This document shows positions 38,424 to 50,800 of a stretch of DNA of 64,000 bases, in pieces. Origin of the DNA: Raillietiella orientalis (lineage: Eukaryota); the NCBI GenBank assembly GCA_036172245.1, contig JAYWIR010000002.1:4712001-4776000 (forward strand). Direction: 5' to 3'. The notes beneath the pieces are model-generated. The model saw only the letters and a program-made list of their open reading frames with translations, made no database searches and had not been told where the DNA came from. How positions within the stretch are numbered: position 1 is the stretch's first letter; every line of letters begins with the position of its first letter. The position numbers and the translations under genes are program-made.

Positions 38424-41400
38424 ATGATACCAACTTCGGTTCTGATTTGCATCACGCTTGTGCATCTCGGACGTTCTTCGGGCCTGCCTTTCCGAATTCC
38501 AGGCCACAGAGATTTCCGCCGCAAGCAAATGGAGGCCCAGGGCTTCGAGGAGGCACCTATCACCGGGTTCAGATCCCAGCATGGGGGGTACCGGAGCGGA
38601 GCAGTGAGCTCAGATGGGACGCCCTGTTCCACCATCGGAAGGTAAGCCGCCGGTTCGAACGTCTGTCCCGCAAAGAAGTGCACTGCTGCTGCCCTTTCAC
38701 TGATGGGCTCCTCTCACGGGTGGGGATCTGTCGTATTGGATTTCACTGATAAGGGCTGACATCAGCCATTATCGATGCCCGATGGCATTCGCCTTGGGAG
38801 ACAGCTTACTTGCTTGGCTTGCGTATCGGTTCGGCTGAACACTCGAGAGTCCAAACACTAAGTTCAATCGTGGTGGGTAACCAGCAGTGTTGAATCAACG
38901 TGCATTTTTTTTTTAGTTGGTTGGCTCTTACTCAAAAACGCTTTACTCTTTATTGCATTAATTTACATTTTTGCATCCATGAAGTCTACAAAAGTCGCGT
39001 GCATGTTCTAAATGAGATCGGATGAAAGACTGCATGGATTTGCTCCCATATAAAAAATAATGAATTTGCATCTTGATTTTTTTTTTTTAAAAAAAAGACC
39101 TTGTGATATGCACTATTTGTAGAACGGATTATTTATTCTATATTTGATTTGAGTAAGAATAGAAATCATTCATCGAAATGCAGACCAATTTTTTTTTCTT
39201 CTCTAAATCACTCTCAGTAGATCGTTGTTCTGCTTATTGCCGTGCTTTGTCGTGGACTTCACATCTTTATACCTCCATGTCCCTAAGCTATATCAACCCA
39301 CTCAAGAAGCTGCCAACAGCACTGTCAGAAAATCGCCTTTTCGGCCCTAATAGGGAAAGACGAGTACAGCCTCAGATGCTTTCCGATGATGTTCATCTCA
39401 CCAAACGTTTACTTAGCACTCTATAGGTATACTTGATAGCCGACTGGCTTATAGAACCAGTGTCTCGTTTGCGACCCAAGGGCATTGTCCTATTTGGTCA
39501 CATACGACGATTCGTTGATGTGTCGTCGATACGCTCTGCGAAAAGGCGTCGTGTCTCTGAGGGACACGTTTGGGAGCCACTTTCACGAAGCATCATATAA
39601 TGGAAGATGCTTCCGTGGTCTCATGTTTTCAATCCAAAGCCGCGATGAATAATGACTTTCTTCAGATCACAGGAAGCAACATACCAAATGTGCGGTACAC
39701 TGACAAATACGTAGGTAGCTACTTCCTTAAGATACACAAATGATGGTAACATACTGAAAAAGGGAAGGCTAATACACTATCAAGCGTCGGTATTCGCCAG
39801 CGGAGACAGAGCGGATAGTTATCTTGAAAGTTCGAAGTGCTTGGGAAAAAACACCAAGCAGTCTGGCAGTGCAGTTGGAAGCATTGCCTGGTGACATCTG
39901 GTTGATGCTGGAGGCGAGTTCGTCCTTGCCTCTCTTTCTCTGGAGTAGTTTTTATCACGGATCTGTGGATAAGAGCACTCTTTTCCTTCTTCCTTGTGAT
40001 TCCGCGCGATGGTGATGTTGGCGTCTTTGATTCCTGACGTGCTTTTCTTACCTCCTTCTCTCAGTCGATGGATTTCAGGAAACTTTATTCGTTCCGTTCG
40101 AGTAAATACTGCGTCTGATTCACTGATTTGGTTCTGCTGGCTGCTCAGCACTTTCTTCTCGTGATTGGATACTGCCTGTCTTTAGCTCAACATCTCAACT
40201 TTGATGAGAGATCCTCAGTTCCCTGCATTGCTGCAGTTCCAACATCCATCATCACCACTACAGCTTCTGTGGCTTCCTGTACTGTGAATCCCTGGAAGTC
40301 TCTGGCATATCAAGCTCGAAATTTTCAAAAGACGCGACGCGATGGTATATGCGCTTTCTTCCTATGGTCCACGAAGATTCATTCCTCTAGGACAGTTTCG
40401 TTCAAATTCCCTTACTGATGCTTATTCTGTTTTCCCAATCGGTCAGGAAGATCTTGCACCAAAATAACATTTCTTAATTACCAACAGTGCCTTTGTAATT
40501 TTTTCGGAAATGAAAACCGCAGGAGTGCTTGGAGTTCTCTTATCGAGTTACCTATTGGGAACCTGGACTTCTATCCGAGGAAGTCTTTTTCTAGGAAGTC
40601 TAATCTTTCTGTTCGATAGAAGTCTTCTGCAACACAAATTTTTTTTTTCTTTTGTAACAGAAGCGATTGAGAGCTGGTCTGGAGCCAGAGGTTGTCTTCT
40701 TGGCTTTCGAAATGCAAGATTCCTCCAGTGCCATTTTCCGACATATTCGTCTCCTTGGTGTTAAAAGTTTGTTAGCGAGATTTGCATCCTTCTAAACCCA
40801 TACACAAGGTTCAACCAACTGCCGGGGTCATTTTGCATCCGCTCGATTAATTTCAGATAATGCAGTTGGCTTTCTTTGAAAGTAGGTCTAAGAACTCTCA
40901 GATTCCTCGAAATGAATGTTCCTCCAGGCGCAATTTTTCGTATCTGTTCGTATCGCCAATTAAAGATTATGCTGCTCTCCTCTTCAGCCAGGATCTCATT
41001 CGTCATTAAGGAAAGGAGTCGGATAAAAGCATGCTTCTATTTCTTCTCTAATTAAATATGGTGCTGCTTCAACGTCTACTCTCTGGTTTAAAGAGTTTCA
41101 TTATCGTTTTCCCTCCACCAGTAAAGCAGTCAGAATACGATAGCAGCACATTCTCAAAACAGAGGATAGCCCCGTTCCGACTCACATTGCATTGCTGAAG
41201 CACGGTTTCACTATGAGATGTCTTCTAGAAAAAAATTACAGATATCGATCCCTCATTGTAACGATTTTCTTGCTGAAGCTTTTCGCGCCGCCACCTCTAA
41301 CGCACTTCATCGAACTGTGGGACTCTGCTGCTGCATGAATATTGCATCAGCATAACCTGATTCAGCTTCCAAAGAAAACTGAGTCCTCATGACATGGTGG

Positions 41401-41797
41401 AAAATCCCATTCATGCTCAGGTGCAAAGACAACTTCAGAGCGACCGATGGAAAAGAGTCCTCGTTCACGGACACTGCAGCGCAAACCAGCAGTTACGCCA
41501 TCGTTCTCTACCAGGGATACGCTCCCTGTAAATTCATTCTCCATTATGCTTTTCCCGGTTTAACCTCTCTTCAATGAGAGCCGTCCAATGAACTGAACTC
41601 AAATGCCCTGGGATTTCTCGATCCAAACTGCTCGATTCTCGTAACCCATTGAGTGATGTTCTAAGTGCCCAAATCACCTCACTGTGCAGGGCCAGAGGGC
41701 GATTTGTCCAGAAGTCACCGGTTCCCGAGTTACGAAACGCACATTTGAACCCGAGCCAAAAAATGCTCACAAGGAGAAGGAAGAACTGCGCATTTGC

Positions 41798-41878
<81 letters not shown>

Positions 41879-44800
41879 TGTGTGTGGAAAACACAAGAGC
41901 ATAGCAGGATGGAAGGAAACGTTGAAACACGAGTGAACACTGGGAACGATGAATTTTCACAGCAGTGCGTTTTGATGGCGAAAAAGATTTCCTACTCATC
42001 GCAAGCAAAAGAACAGATTTTGATTTGCCAGAAAGCACCGGAATGAGATTGCGTCTCTGGGGGTACTTCCGTTTCTGTGCCTGCAATCCACAGCTGGAAT
42101 TCTAATGTCTTTTTTTCCGATTCTTCTTAAGCTAAAAGGAAGTTCTGTGAGTCGTGAGTGGGAATCAATAGAATTTTAGATTCCTCTCCTACCGGTTTTC
42201 TGTTTCGTGTTGTGAGTTACGTTCAGTTAATCACAACACGAAGCTGCATAAACATCTCCGGGTGTAGGATCGATTCCATTTTCTTGATATTCTCGAGTTG
42301 TCGAAGTCCCTGCTGGGAATTTCGTATTTACTAATCCTCCTATTCAGATTGGTACTCTCTTACAACAGTGGTACATTCCTTTTTAAGAGAGAACCTACTT
42401 TGGTTTTATTTTTTTTGCTCCTGGAAAGTACCTCACAGAGTCCGGTAGCACAAGGTCCAGCCAGCTGATTCTAACATCCGGCTGTCTTTCGGTCCTTGCG
42501 TCCTGCATGCGAGTGCACTTCCACACCCACCAGGTCAGAAAGAGCCTACTCTTGCGCGCCAAAGCTGATTCACCGGACAGCTGCGATACAGATCCACGTG
42601 CATGCACTTCCGCTACAAAGGGAAAAGGCAGTAAAATGGCAGGTAAAGACGAAGGCAATCTTGGAATACAAAAGACAAACTGAAGAAAATCAGCGGTTGT
42701 ATCTGCAACCTGCTTTTAACGACAGCCGAAGAAACCAATCATATGGAACTAATACAAAAGCTGAGTTCATCAGCTAGGAAGGTATTTAGCAAATTCTTCC
42801 TGAAACTCCAATCAGCGAATAGACTCCTGGCTCAAGGAAATAGAAATGGGTGTGGAGATTTGAAACAACGATCTGAATGCATGCATAGTTTCCTCCATGT
42901 TGTGTTTCAATTTACAGCTACTCCGCGTGGAACACTGCAAATCGTACTGGAAGGGTGTTGTGCACAAATTTGATAGGGCTCGATCGAAGAGAGTAGGTGG
43001 AGGTTGCTCGATCAGAATGGAAAAGCACGCGAAGAGCCTTTCTCAGGCAATTTGGAACGCACGAAGCGTTCCTTTGATCGGCAGGATCGCTCCTGCGCGA
43101 AACTCGGAATGCTCATCGTGAAACGTGAGTCTTCCCATTAGCAGTGAGCCTCTGGTAGCTTTGAACCAGAAGGTTCCATTCCTCTTGATCTCAAGATGCT
43201 TTCCTTTCTCTCTTTTCGGATCCACGTTCCCGTGCCCTCAATTCCATCGGTCGCGCTCTTCTTCGAGACAACCAGCGGAAGTTTCTCCCTAAAGCACTCA
43301 GGACCTGAACACAGATGTCGGCAAAGTATGGTCAGTGCGAACACCCGAAGCGCTTTCAGCGTTCAGTCACAAGAAAACACCCTCTTCCCAGGAGACAGGC
43401 GTTTTTTAGAGAGTGCCAGATGCTCTCTGCATGCATAGTGGAAATCGCATATCATATTTGATATGTGATTCTCAAAATAAGAAAAATGCTATAAAAGCTC
43501 AGATTTTTCAATGAAAAAACACACACACACACAAAGTAATTCACTGAAAGAGCGACAGAGAACGATGGAAAACAATCGTAAAAATGTAAGAGCAATCTGA
43601 GAAATTAATTGTAGAATTTGGTCACTCCACGTGGACCCTCTTCTTAATCCAAATTCAAATCGTTCTTGTAATGCTTGAATTACCTGGTTTTCAAAGAATC
43701 TTGCAGGAAGGAGCTCATGAGGAAGCAAACCAAGGCTTCCATCCTGAGTACGTTGGTCCTTCAGAATCGTAAAATTAGGACCTGTAGTCTGGTTCCCAGT
43801 TGGTGGACACTATGATGGGATGTAAAGAATTATGCGTTGAAATGGGGACCAGAATGGGATGTATGTGTGTGTGTATGGGGGGGGGGGGATTGTGGTGGTG
43901 GAGATGTTCCCAAGACATTAGTGCTCCCTGATATTTTGGGTGGGAAACCGCACCGTTTTTTGAGTTGTTCCATGAATCCATGCTGGATTTCTTCTTTCTT
44001 GTGTGTGTGAGGGCGACGCATAAAATACCTTCACAATTGTAAAGGTGAGCAGCATCGGATTCCTTACAACCTGTGATTTAAGATGCATCTTTTGTGAGCA
44101 TGTAGACATTAGGAGAACGGGCTTCTTCCTGTGCTCCCTCTGCTGCCTAGAAGCCCGCGAATGCTTCGAGGATGTGGAGGATGGCGTAGAATTCAAAGCA
44201 TGTCGTTTGAAGCCTTTCCGCTTAGAGCGTTGGCAATATTTCAAGTTTCCGTTTCGCATGCGGTTCTGGGCATTGCCTTTTTCTTGACCTGACCTACGTT
44301 TTTTTTTTTTTTTTTTTTCTCCCCCTAGTTGACATTTTTATTGCAGAATGTTGGGTCGCCTCCTAAAATTTCCAACCTTCTCTTACCAGCCTGTAGTAAG
44401 CACAATGTTTCTCGGTTTTTTTTTTTTTTTTGCCTGATTTACCGTCATACGGGAGTCCGCGAATCCATGCAGGAGGATCGCGCCTCAAACGGTAGCCGAT
44501 GTTTTGGATGGCGACTGCTTCAGGCGGGGCAAGGTTTTTCCTTTTCTTTTTTTTGATCTTAGCAGTTGGGAATAGCTTTGTAGATGGGGTGTGCTTCGTA
44601 GCCCAATTTCTTCTCAGTTGGCTACCATGGCGCGCTGAGCATTCTGGACCTGCTAATCCAACAGTGGGGTGTATTTGCGGTCTTTAGTGGTTGTTGAATG
44701 TTAAACGCACTTTAAGACCTCCGACGTATGGCATGCTGGTCTTCGGATAGGTAGCGTATCAGCTATTAGAGCAGATTCTATTATAGGAACAAGAGAGGGA

Positions 44801-47800
44801 ATACATAAAATAAAAGGTCGGAATCGCCATCTTTGCACTTTGATGTTAGTCAAGTTAGGCTTCCCAAGTAGTTCCACCGAAGGATTCGAATCTGAAGACC
44901 GGCAAGGTTGGTCCGTGGAGTGGCTTTATATTGGTATTTGTCTCGAGGTCACCGCCTATGTAGCGGAGATGCTAATTCCCGCCCCATGCAACGTGTGCAC
45001 GTGATTGCGGATCCATGGCGTCTGGTTGTCTAGCAGGGAATCGTGGGAAAGGGTTCAGTCATCGTGAAAGGAGTCTGGAGGCTGGAAAATTGCTTCGTCG
45101 GCGCATTGGGGGTTGCAGTAGCTCTGGTTGCTTGCAATGCTGGTTTCGTTGAGAACGAAGGCCCGGGTCGCTCTCCCCCCAAGGCTTCGGTGGAGAAGCA
45201 AGATTCCGTGCCTGACTTGTCTAGCGTTGTTGCTAATGGTAGTCACCCGTGGTATAATGAGCGGCGTCGGTGGCGTGGTTGCTGTCGTAAACCTGGTGAT
45301 TTCCTCGTTGAAGAAGGATGCATACCTGTGTAGCACTTTGGGTTAGGAGTTTGAGTTGATCAATACCTGCTCTGGGTCGTCTTCCAGGCAAAGGCTTCAT
45401 CGGTCTTTGGTGCCTTTGGATGCCAATGGTGTGAAAGAGAAGTTGAATCATTTTTTTTTTTTGTACTTCTTCTCTGAACATTGAAAGATAGATTGAGTGA
45501 TATGTTGGAAAAGGCTGGGTGTAGCAACTTAATGAAAGATACTTTCATCGATGCATCATGGGAAGCTTGTTATCACGTTTCGGATCACTAGGAAAAGTGG
45601 ATAGGATACTTCTACTGTTGGTTCTGAGCGTAGCTATGTCGAGAAAGTTGTGCATCAGTTTGTTTGTAGACCAGTACACCTTGGTTCACCCCGTGGTAGG
45701 TCTTATAATTCTGTGAAATTTCAGAATTTGGTTGGCCATCAGGAAGATAAGTTTATTCGTTGCTTTCCAGGCGTCGTGAATGCCGTATATCATTAAAGTG
45801 TCGATGCCCATTTAGCTTGGTATTGTGCATAGGAGGCAGATCCTCATGCTTTATGCCTCGTTTGGAAGGAAATGCTAAGGCTTCTCCTGGTCGTATCTTG
45901 TTGTTTCGGCAAGTGGCTGGTTTGAATTTGCCTTCAGTTGAATGAACGATGAAGCGAAAGTTTTGCGTGGGAAGTTGTCTGAAAATGCGTCATTGGTGAA
46001 AGTCCATTATGCGTTCTCGCGTGGAAAGCAAGTGGCCAGTGGTTGATTGGGACTTTAGGAAAGCTAAGGATGGGAAGGATGCGATGTTTGATGGAAAGGA
46101 TTTGGATTCGCGCGAAAGCAGCTTGGCTGAGACGAAAAGAGTGCTCAAAGACGTGACCTTCGACAACAGTTGTGATCTTCGGAAACCTTGAATAAATAAA
46201 TGTTTGTTTTGAACAATGTTTTATTTAACGGATATTGGTTACTTTGTAGGCACTGGCACTGTGTTGTTCGGTTTGCTGCTGGAGGAGGACGTTGCTATTC
46301 CGTTACAAGGCAATGTTGGTGCATCGGTCGTTGACATCGGTGACTTGTCGAATCTTCCATCCGTCCATGGAAAAGTTAGGGTTCGGAAAATTTGAAGTTT
46401 GAAAGGATCGCTTGAGAGAATTTTCACCTGCCCCCATCCCGGAAGCTTTGCAACCGCTTAAATAAGGACTGAAGAACTGCGATACCGTCGTTGATATTAG
46501 TTCCTACTTATACTGCAAGTGCTTTTCATTGATGCGTGAAAGCAGTTAGGGGATCCATCGTTGGTGCAGACTGCACCAACGATGCAACCTGTGTTCTGCA
46601 ATGGACTTCTGTCTGCCTGCCTTTGTTGAGTCTATTCGAAGGACTTAATGGAAAAATCAATTAATACAGATTTCAGAGAAGCGAGTGGGGAAAAAAAGAT
46701 GCCTTTACTTAATTAGGTGGACAGGCACAAAACAAAGCAAAAATGTAATGACCTTTGGGATTTCGTAAGAAGGTGGACAAAGAAAATATTCCAGCAGCCG
46801 AAATAAAAGACGCAGTCTTCCCTATCGAAAGATAAACGTAACAGAGCAAGGCTGTAAACAGAAATCATGCCTTCGGTCTTTGGGACGTTCCCATTGGAAG
46901 GTTTCTCAACTTTGCTGTGGTGCTTCAAAACGCCTCAGCAAGACCAGTGCGAAGTCCGAGGAGTACAATTTCCGGGAAGAAAAAGAGGATGGAGAAGCTC
47001 TTACTCCTCACGGAAGAGCAAACCCGTCAAGAACAGTATGCTGCTGGAGAGGGACGGTGGTGTGAATGCGCGAGAAATAGCAAGACATCTCACTAGGAAT
47101 CGTTGGTCCCTAGGCGGGCATCAACGCGTTCCACGGGAGTGATGAAATCGTGATGAATCATGAGGGATAGCAAACCGATGAAATCATCTCGATTCTTCAC
47201 ATCTCGAAATCCTGAGGAATTAACAGTGAGAAAAGTGCAGTTGGAATGAATCGAACGGAATGAACGAAATGACTAAACATCATTCCGTTTGTACATCCTT
47301 CTTCTTTTTTTTTCTTTTAAATGTTCAAAATGCAAGGGGAGCAATCTCCGAATTGTAGAAAACAAAAACAACAACAACAAAAAAAAAAATACATTCTAGA
47401 GGGATTTCCAGAATGTTTTCCTTTTAGGAACATCCTTGAAAAGAACGGGAGCGCTGTCGATGCAGCTATAGCCACCCTGTTCTGCGTTGGTATCACCAAT
47501 CCTCACAGCATGGGACTCGGAGGAGGGTTCCTGATGACGATATACACGCGCAGGAGCCGCTCAGCTGTCACTCTGGTTTCTAGAGAAGTGGCTCCGAATG
47601 GAGTGCACCCTACAGTTTATGCAAGAAATGAGACGGCGTCATTTGCTGGTGAGTTCCGAAGAAAACACAACACGATTTGTTGCTGCGAAAACGCGACTTG
47701 AGGAGGGAAACTTACCGATAGCACTGCAATTTTTTTTTTTTAAAAAAAAAAAAAGAAAAAAAAAACATCGAGAAGGAAAACGATCAAATTACACCGGACC

Positions 47801-50800
47801 TTTCCTCACCGTGAACTGAACTGCTCGGTGCCCGATAGAAAGGGCAGGTTACTCTTGTACATCTCTGCAGATGAGAAGCCAGATGACCAAATATTCCCTG
47901 TACTCTGGCACAGTCATCCGCAAGGCATCCCATGCTTTCCCACAGCCCTTTCTTTCGGTGCAGTTTCTCTCGCCCTTGCAGGCGACGGTTTCCCCTCGCA
48001 GTGGCTATTTCTCGCAGCATCCTTGAACCCTTTGCTCTTGATCCTTGCTATTTTCTGAATAGTTGAAATACTCTCACTCCTCAAACCTTGTTCTCACCTG
48101 ACTGAAGGGGGCTGCAAAAGTTTTCGATGACGTTTCCACTTCTGACTTTCCCTCTCGAATCGTTGAGACACTTCTTCAGGTGCAGGAAGGAAGACGTGGT
48201 AGTCACTGGGTCAGGACTGTAAGGTGGGTGCTCGAAAAGTTCCTATTTGAATTTCTGAATTGCCCGGAATGTGCGGACAGCGGCAGTGTGTGGGATCAAA
48301 AGGGTGTGCTTTGAAGCCCGGAACAACCATCACTTCGCAAGCCTACTGGGAAACACCCTCGAAACTGCGGCGTGCCATTCAGAACCGACGACGTGGAATG
48401 CTGAGATCAGGAATTGTCCTCCTTCTTCATGACAACGCGCGCCTTGGCAACACACGCTGTCCGCACATTCCGGATAATTCAGAAATTCAGATGCGAACTT
48501 TTCAATATCACCCACCTTGCAGTCCTGACCCAGTGACGACCACGTCTTCCTTCCTGCACCTCAAGAAGTGAGGAGTTGAAAACTGCAGTGCTGCTGAACT
48601 GGCTGAACTCCCAGGCGGCGGAATTTCATGCAGAGGGTTGAAAAAAGCTTCTTCCACGTATCAAAAAATGTTTGGAAAGAAATGGTGACTACGTAGGAAG
48701 ATGACATGGGGATGGATGTGTTTCGAACCACCAATACATTTGTGTTTCTTTTATTTGTTCTTTCTTTATATCCGAGCTGCCTTTACTTTTTAAATGCGCC
48801 TCGTAGAAGCTGCTGATCGAGGTGCTCAAGAGACATTTCGAGCCGCCACAAAGGCGGAGAGGCAGATGCGCACTTCCGGCTTTGTCTTGTAGGGGGAACA
48901 GCTGTTGCTGTTCCTGGAGAGCTAAAAGGATACTGGGAAGCCCACCAGCGTTTCGGCCACTTGTCGTGGAGCGAACTCGTCGAACCAAGCATCTCGCTTT
49001 GCGACAGAGGTGTCAGGGTCAATTTCCACCTTGCGAACGCCATAAGGAAGCATCCCGCTTTGAAATCGGAACCCACTCTCAAGTACCACAGACCTGGGGG
49101 AGCGCCTCGTTTACTTTTTCTCTTCCGCGCAGAGAGATATTTGTGAACTCCAGCACCAGCACCATCTTGAAAGAAAACGACATTCTGCATTACCCGCACA
49201 TGTGTGACGTGCTTCGTTCAGTAGCCGAAAGGGGGGCCGATGCCCTTTACAAAGGAAGGATCGCTCAAAACCTGGTGAACGACGTGAGGTCTAGAGGAGG
49301 CTTCCTCTCAGCAGAAGATCTCGCCAGCTACTCGTCAGTGATCTTCACTCCTATCTCCGTTCTTCTGTTTCGTCATTGTTTCTAACCAGCATTCAACTGC
49401 AGGCCCCGGTGGAAAAGAGCTTTCAGCGTCCGGCTGAGAGGGAACATTACCTTGTACAGCGTTCATCCTCCCGGGAGTGGTCCCGTGCTAGGAATGATGA
49501 TGCGCTTGATTGATGAGCTCGGGGATGATTTCATAAACTCGAAAGCTTCTTATTACCACGGATTATCAGAAGTCATAAAGCACGCTCAGGCTTCTCGATC
49601 GGTTCTTGGGGACCACGAAGATATGGAGCAAGTACTCATTATCTTGGAATGATCACTATCTGAAATCGCAAGCTGTCTTCCAGGATGGTGTCAGATGAAA
49701 CCATTGAATCCACTCTGAGGAAGATTCACAAACACCAGACGAACAGAAATCCCTCTTACTATGGCGTGAAAGGAGTTTACCCGAAAGATTATGGAACGTC
49801 GCACGTGTCTGTCCTCACAGCAGGAGGAGACGCAGTTTCCGTATCCAGCAGCATCAACACGTAGTAAGTTGCCTGTTCGTGGTAATCTGTTCTAATGCTA
49901 AACTCTAATAACGCGCTGAAGAGATCAGGGTCTCCTGGAGAACCCTAACTGCTCGCCGCAACTTGAGAATCGCAAAGGTGCTCGGAAGATTTGAAGCAGG
50001 TGTAACACGGAGAGGACAATCGCGCATCTCGATCTCCAAAAGCTGAGTTTGGAATGGTCGTTGGCTCCCGTTCACTTCAGCGTAGCGCTTTCAGACGGCA
50101 CGGAAAAGAATGCCTGCAACCGCGAAACCGAGGGTCACGCATTCCTTGCACCTTACGTGGGTAGGAAGGAACTCCGATGGCCACTGATCTCATCCCGCCC
50201 GTATTATGCGACCGCGCGGGTTGCTTTGAATCTCGAATTGATCGGCGTGATCTGGAATTACCACCCTCTCCCGCTTGGAGGACCGAGCACGGTCTTCTAA
50301 ACTGTAGCATGTTTCCTACTCAGCTGCCCGGCATATTCCTGCCACGGCAGGGCAGTAACACAGATAGCCAAACAAGGGAGGAGAATCCAGTCACGCTCAG
50401 CTGTTTTCATCGGCTGGCATCTTCAGTTTTTCGTTCGACTGCAACGCCAAACATTCGGGACGTTGCTAAGCTTCCACCTCATCTGCCGCCAACAAGATCA
50501 CTCCAACATGAAAACAGCGTCCGCCGTTTATCCTTTCGTGCATTAGTCAAAGCCTGTAGCTTAGCGCACAGATTCATAGAAAGTAGCATTTGGCAAACTG
50601 AAACTTGGAGATGGGAACGCAAAGTATCTTGGATAAGCATTTTCAGCTGTGGAGTGAGAACAAAAACAAATGATGAGATTTGAGTGATGGGAAGTCCGTT
50701 TACTTGCTGTGGACTGCAATGAGAAGCGAAATGCCATGGCAAATGGCAGGTAACTTGACACATGGTTGTTGGTGATGCTGAAAGACGCAGGGTAGCAAAG

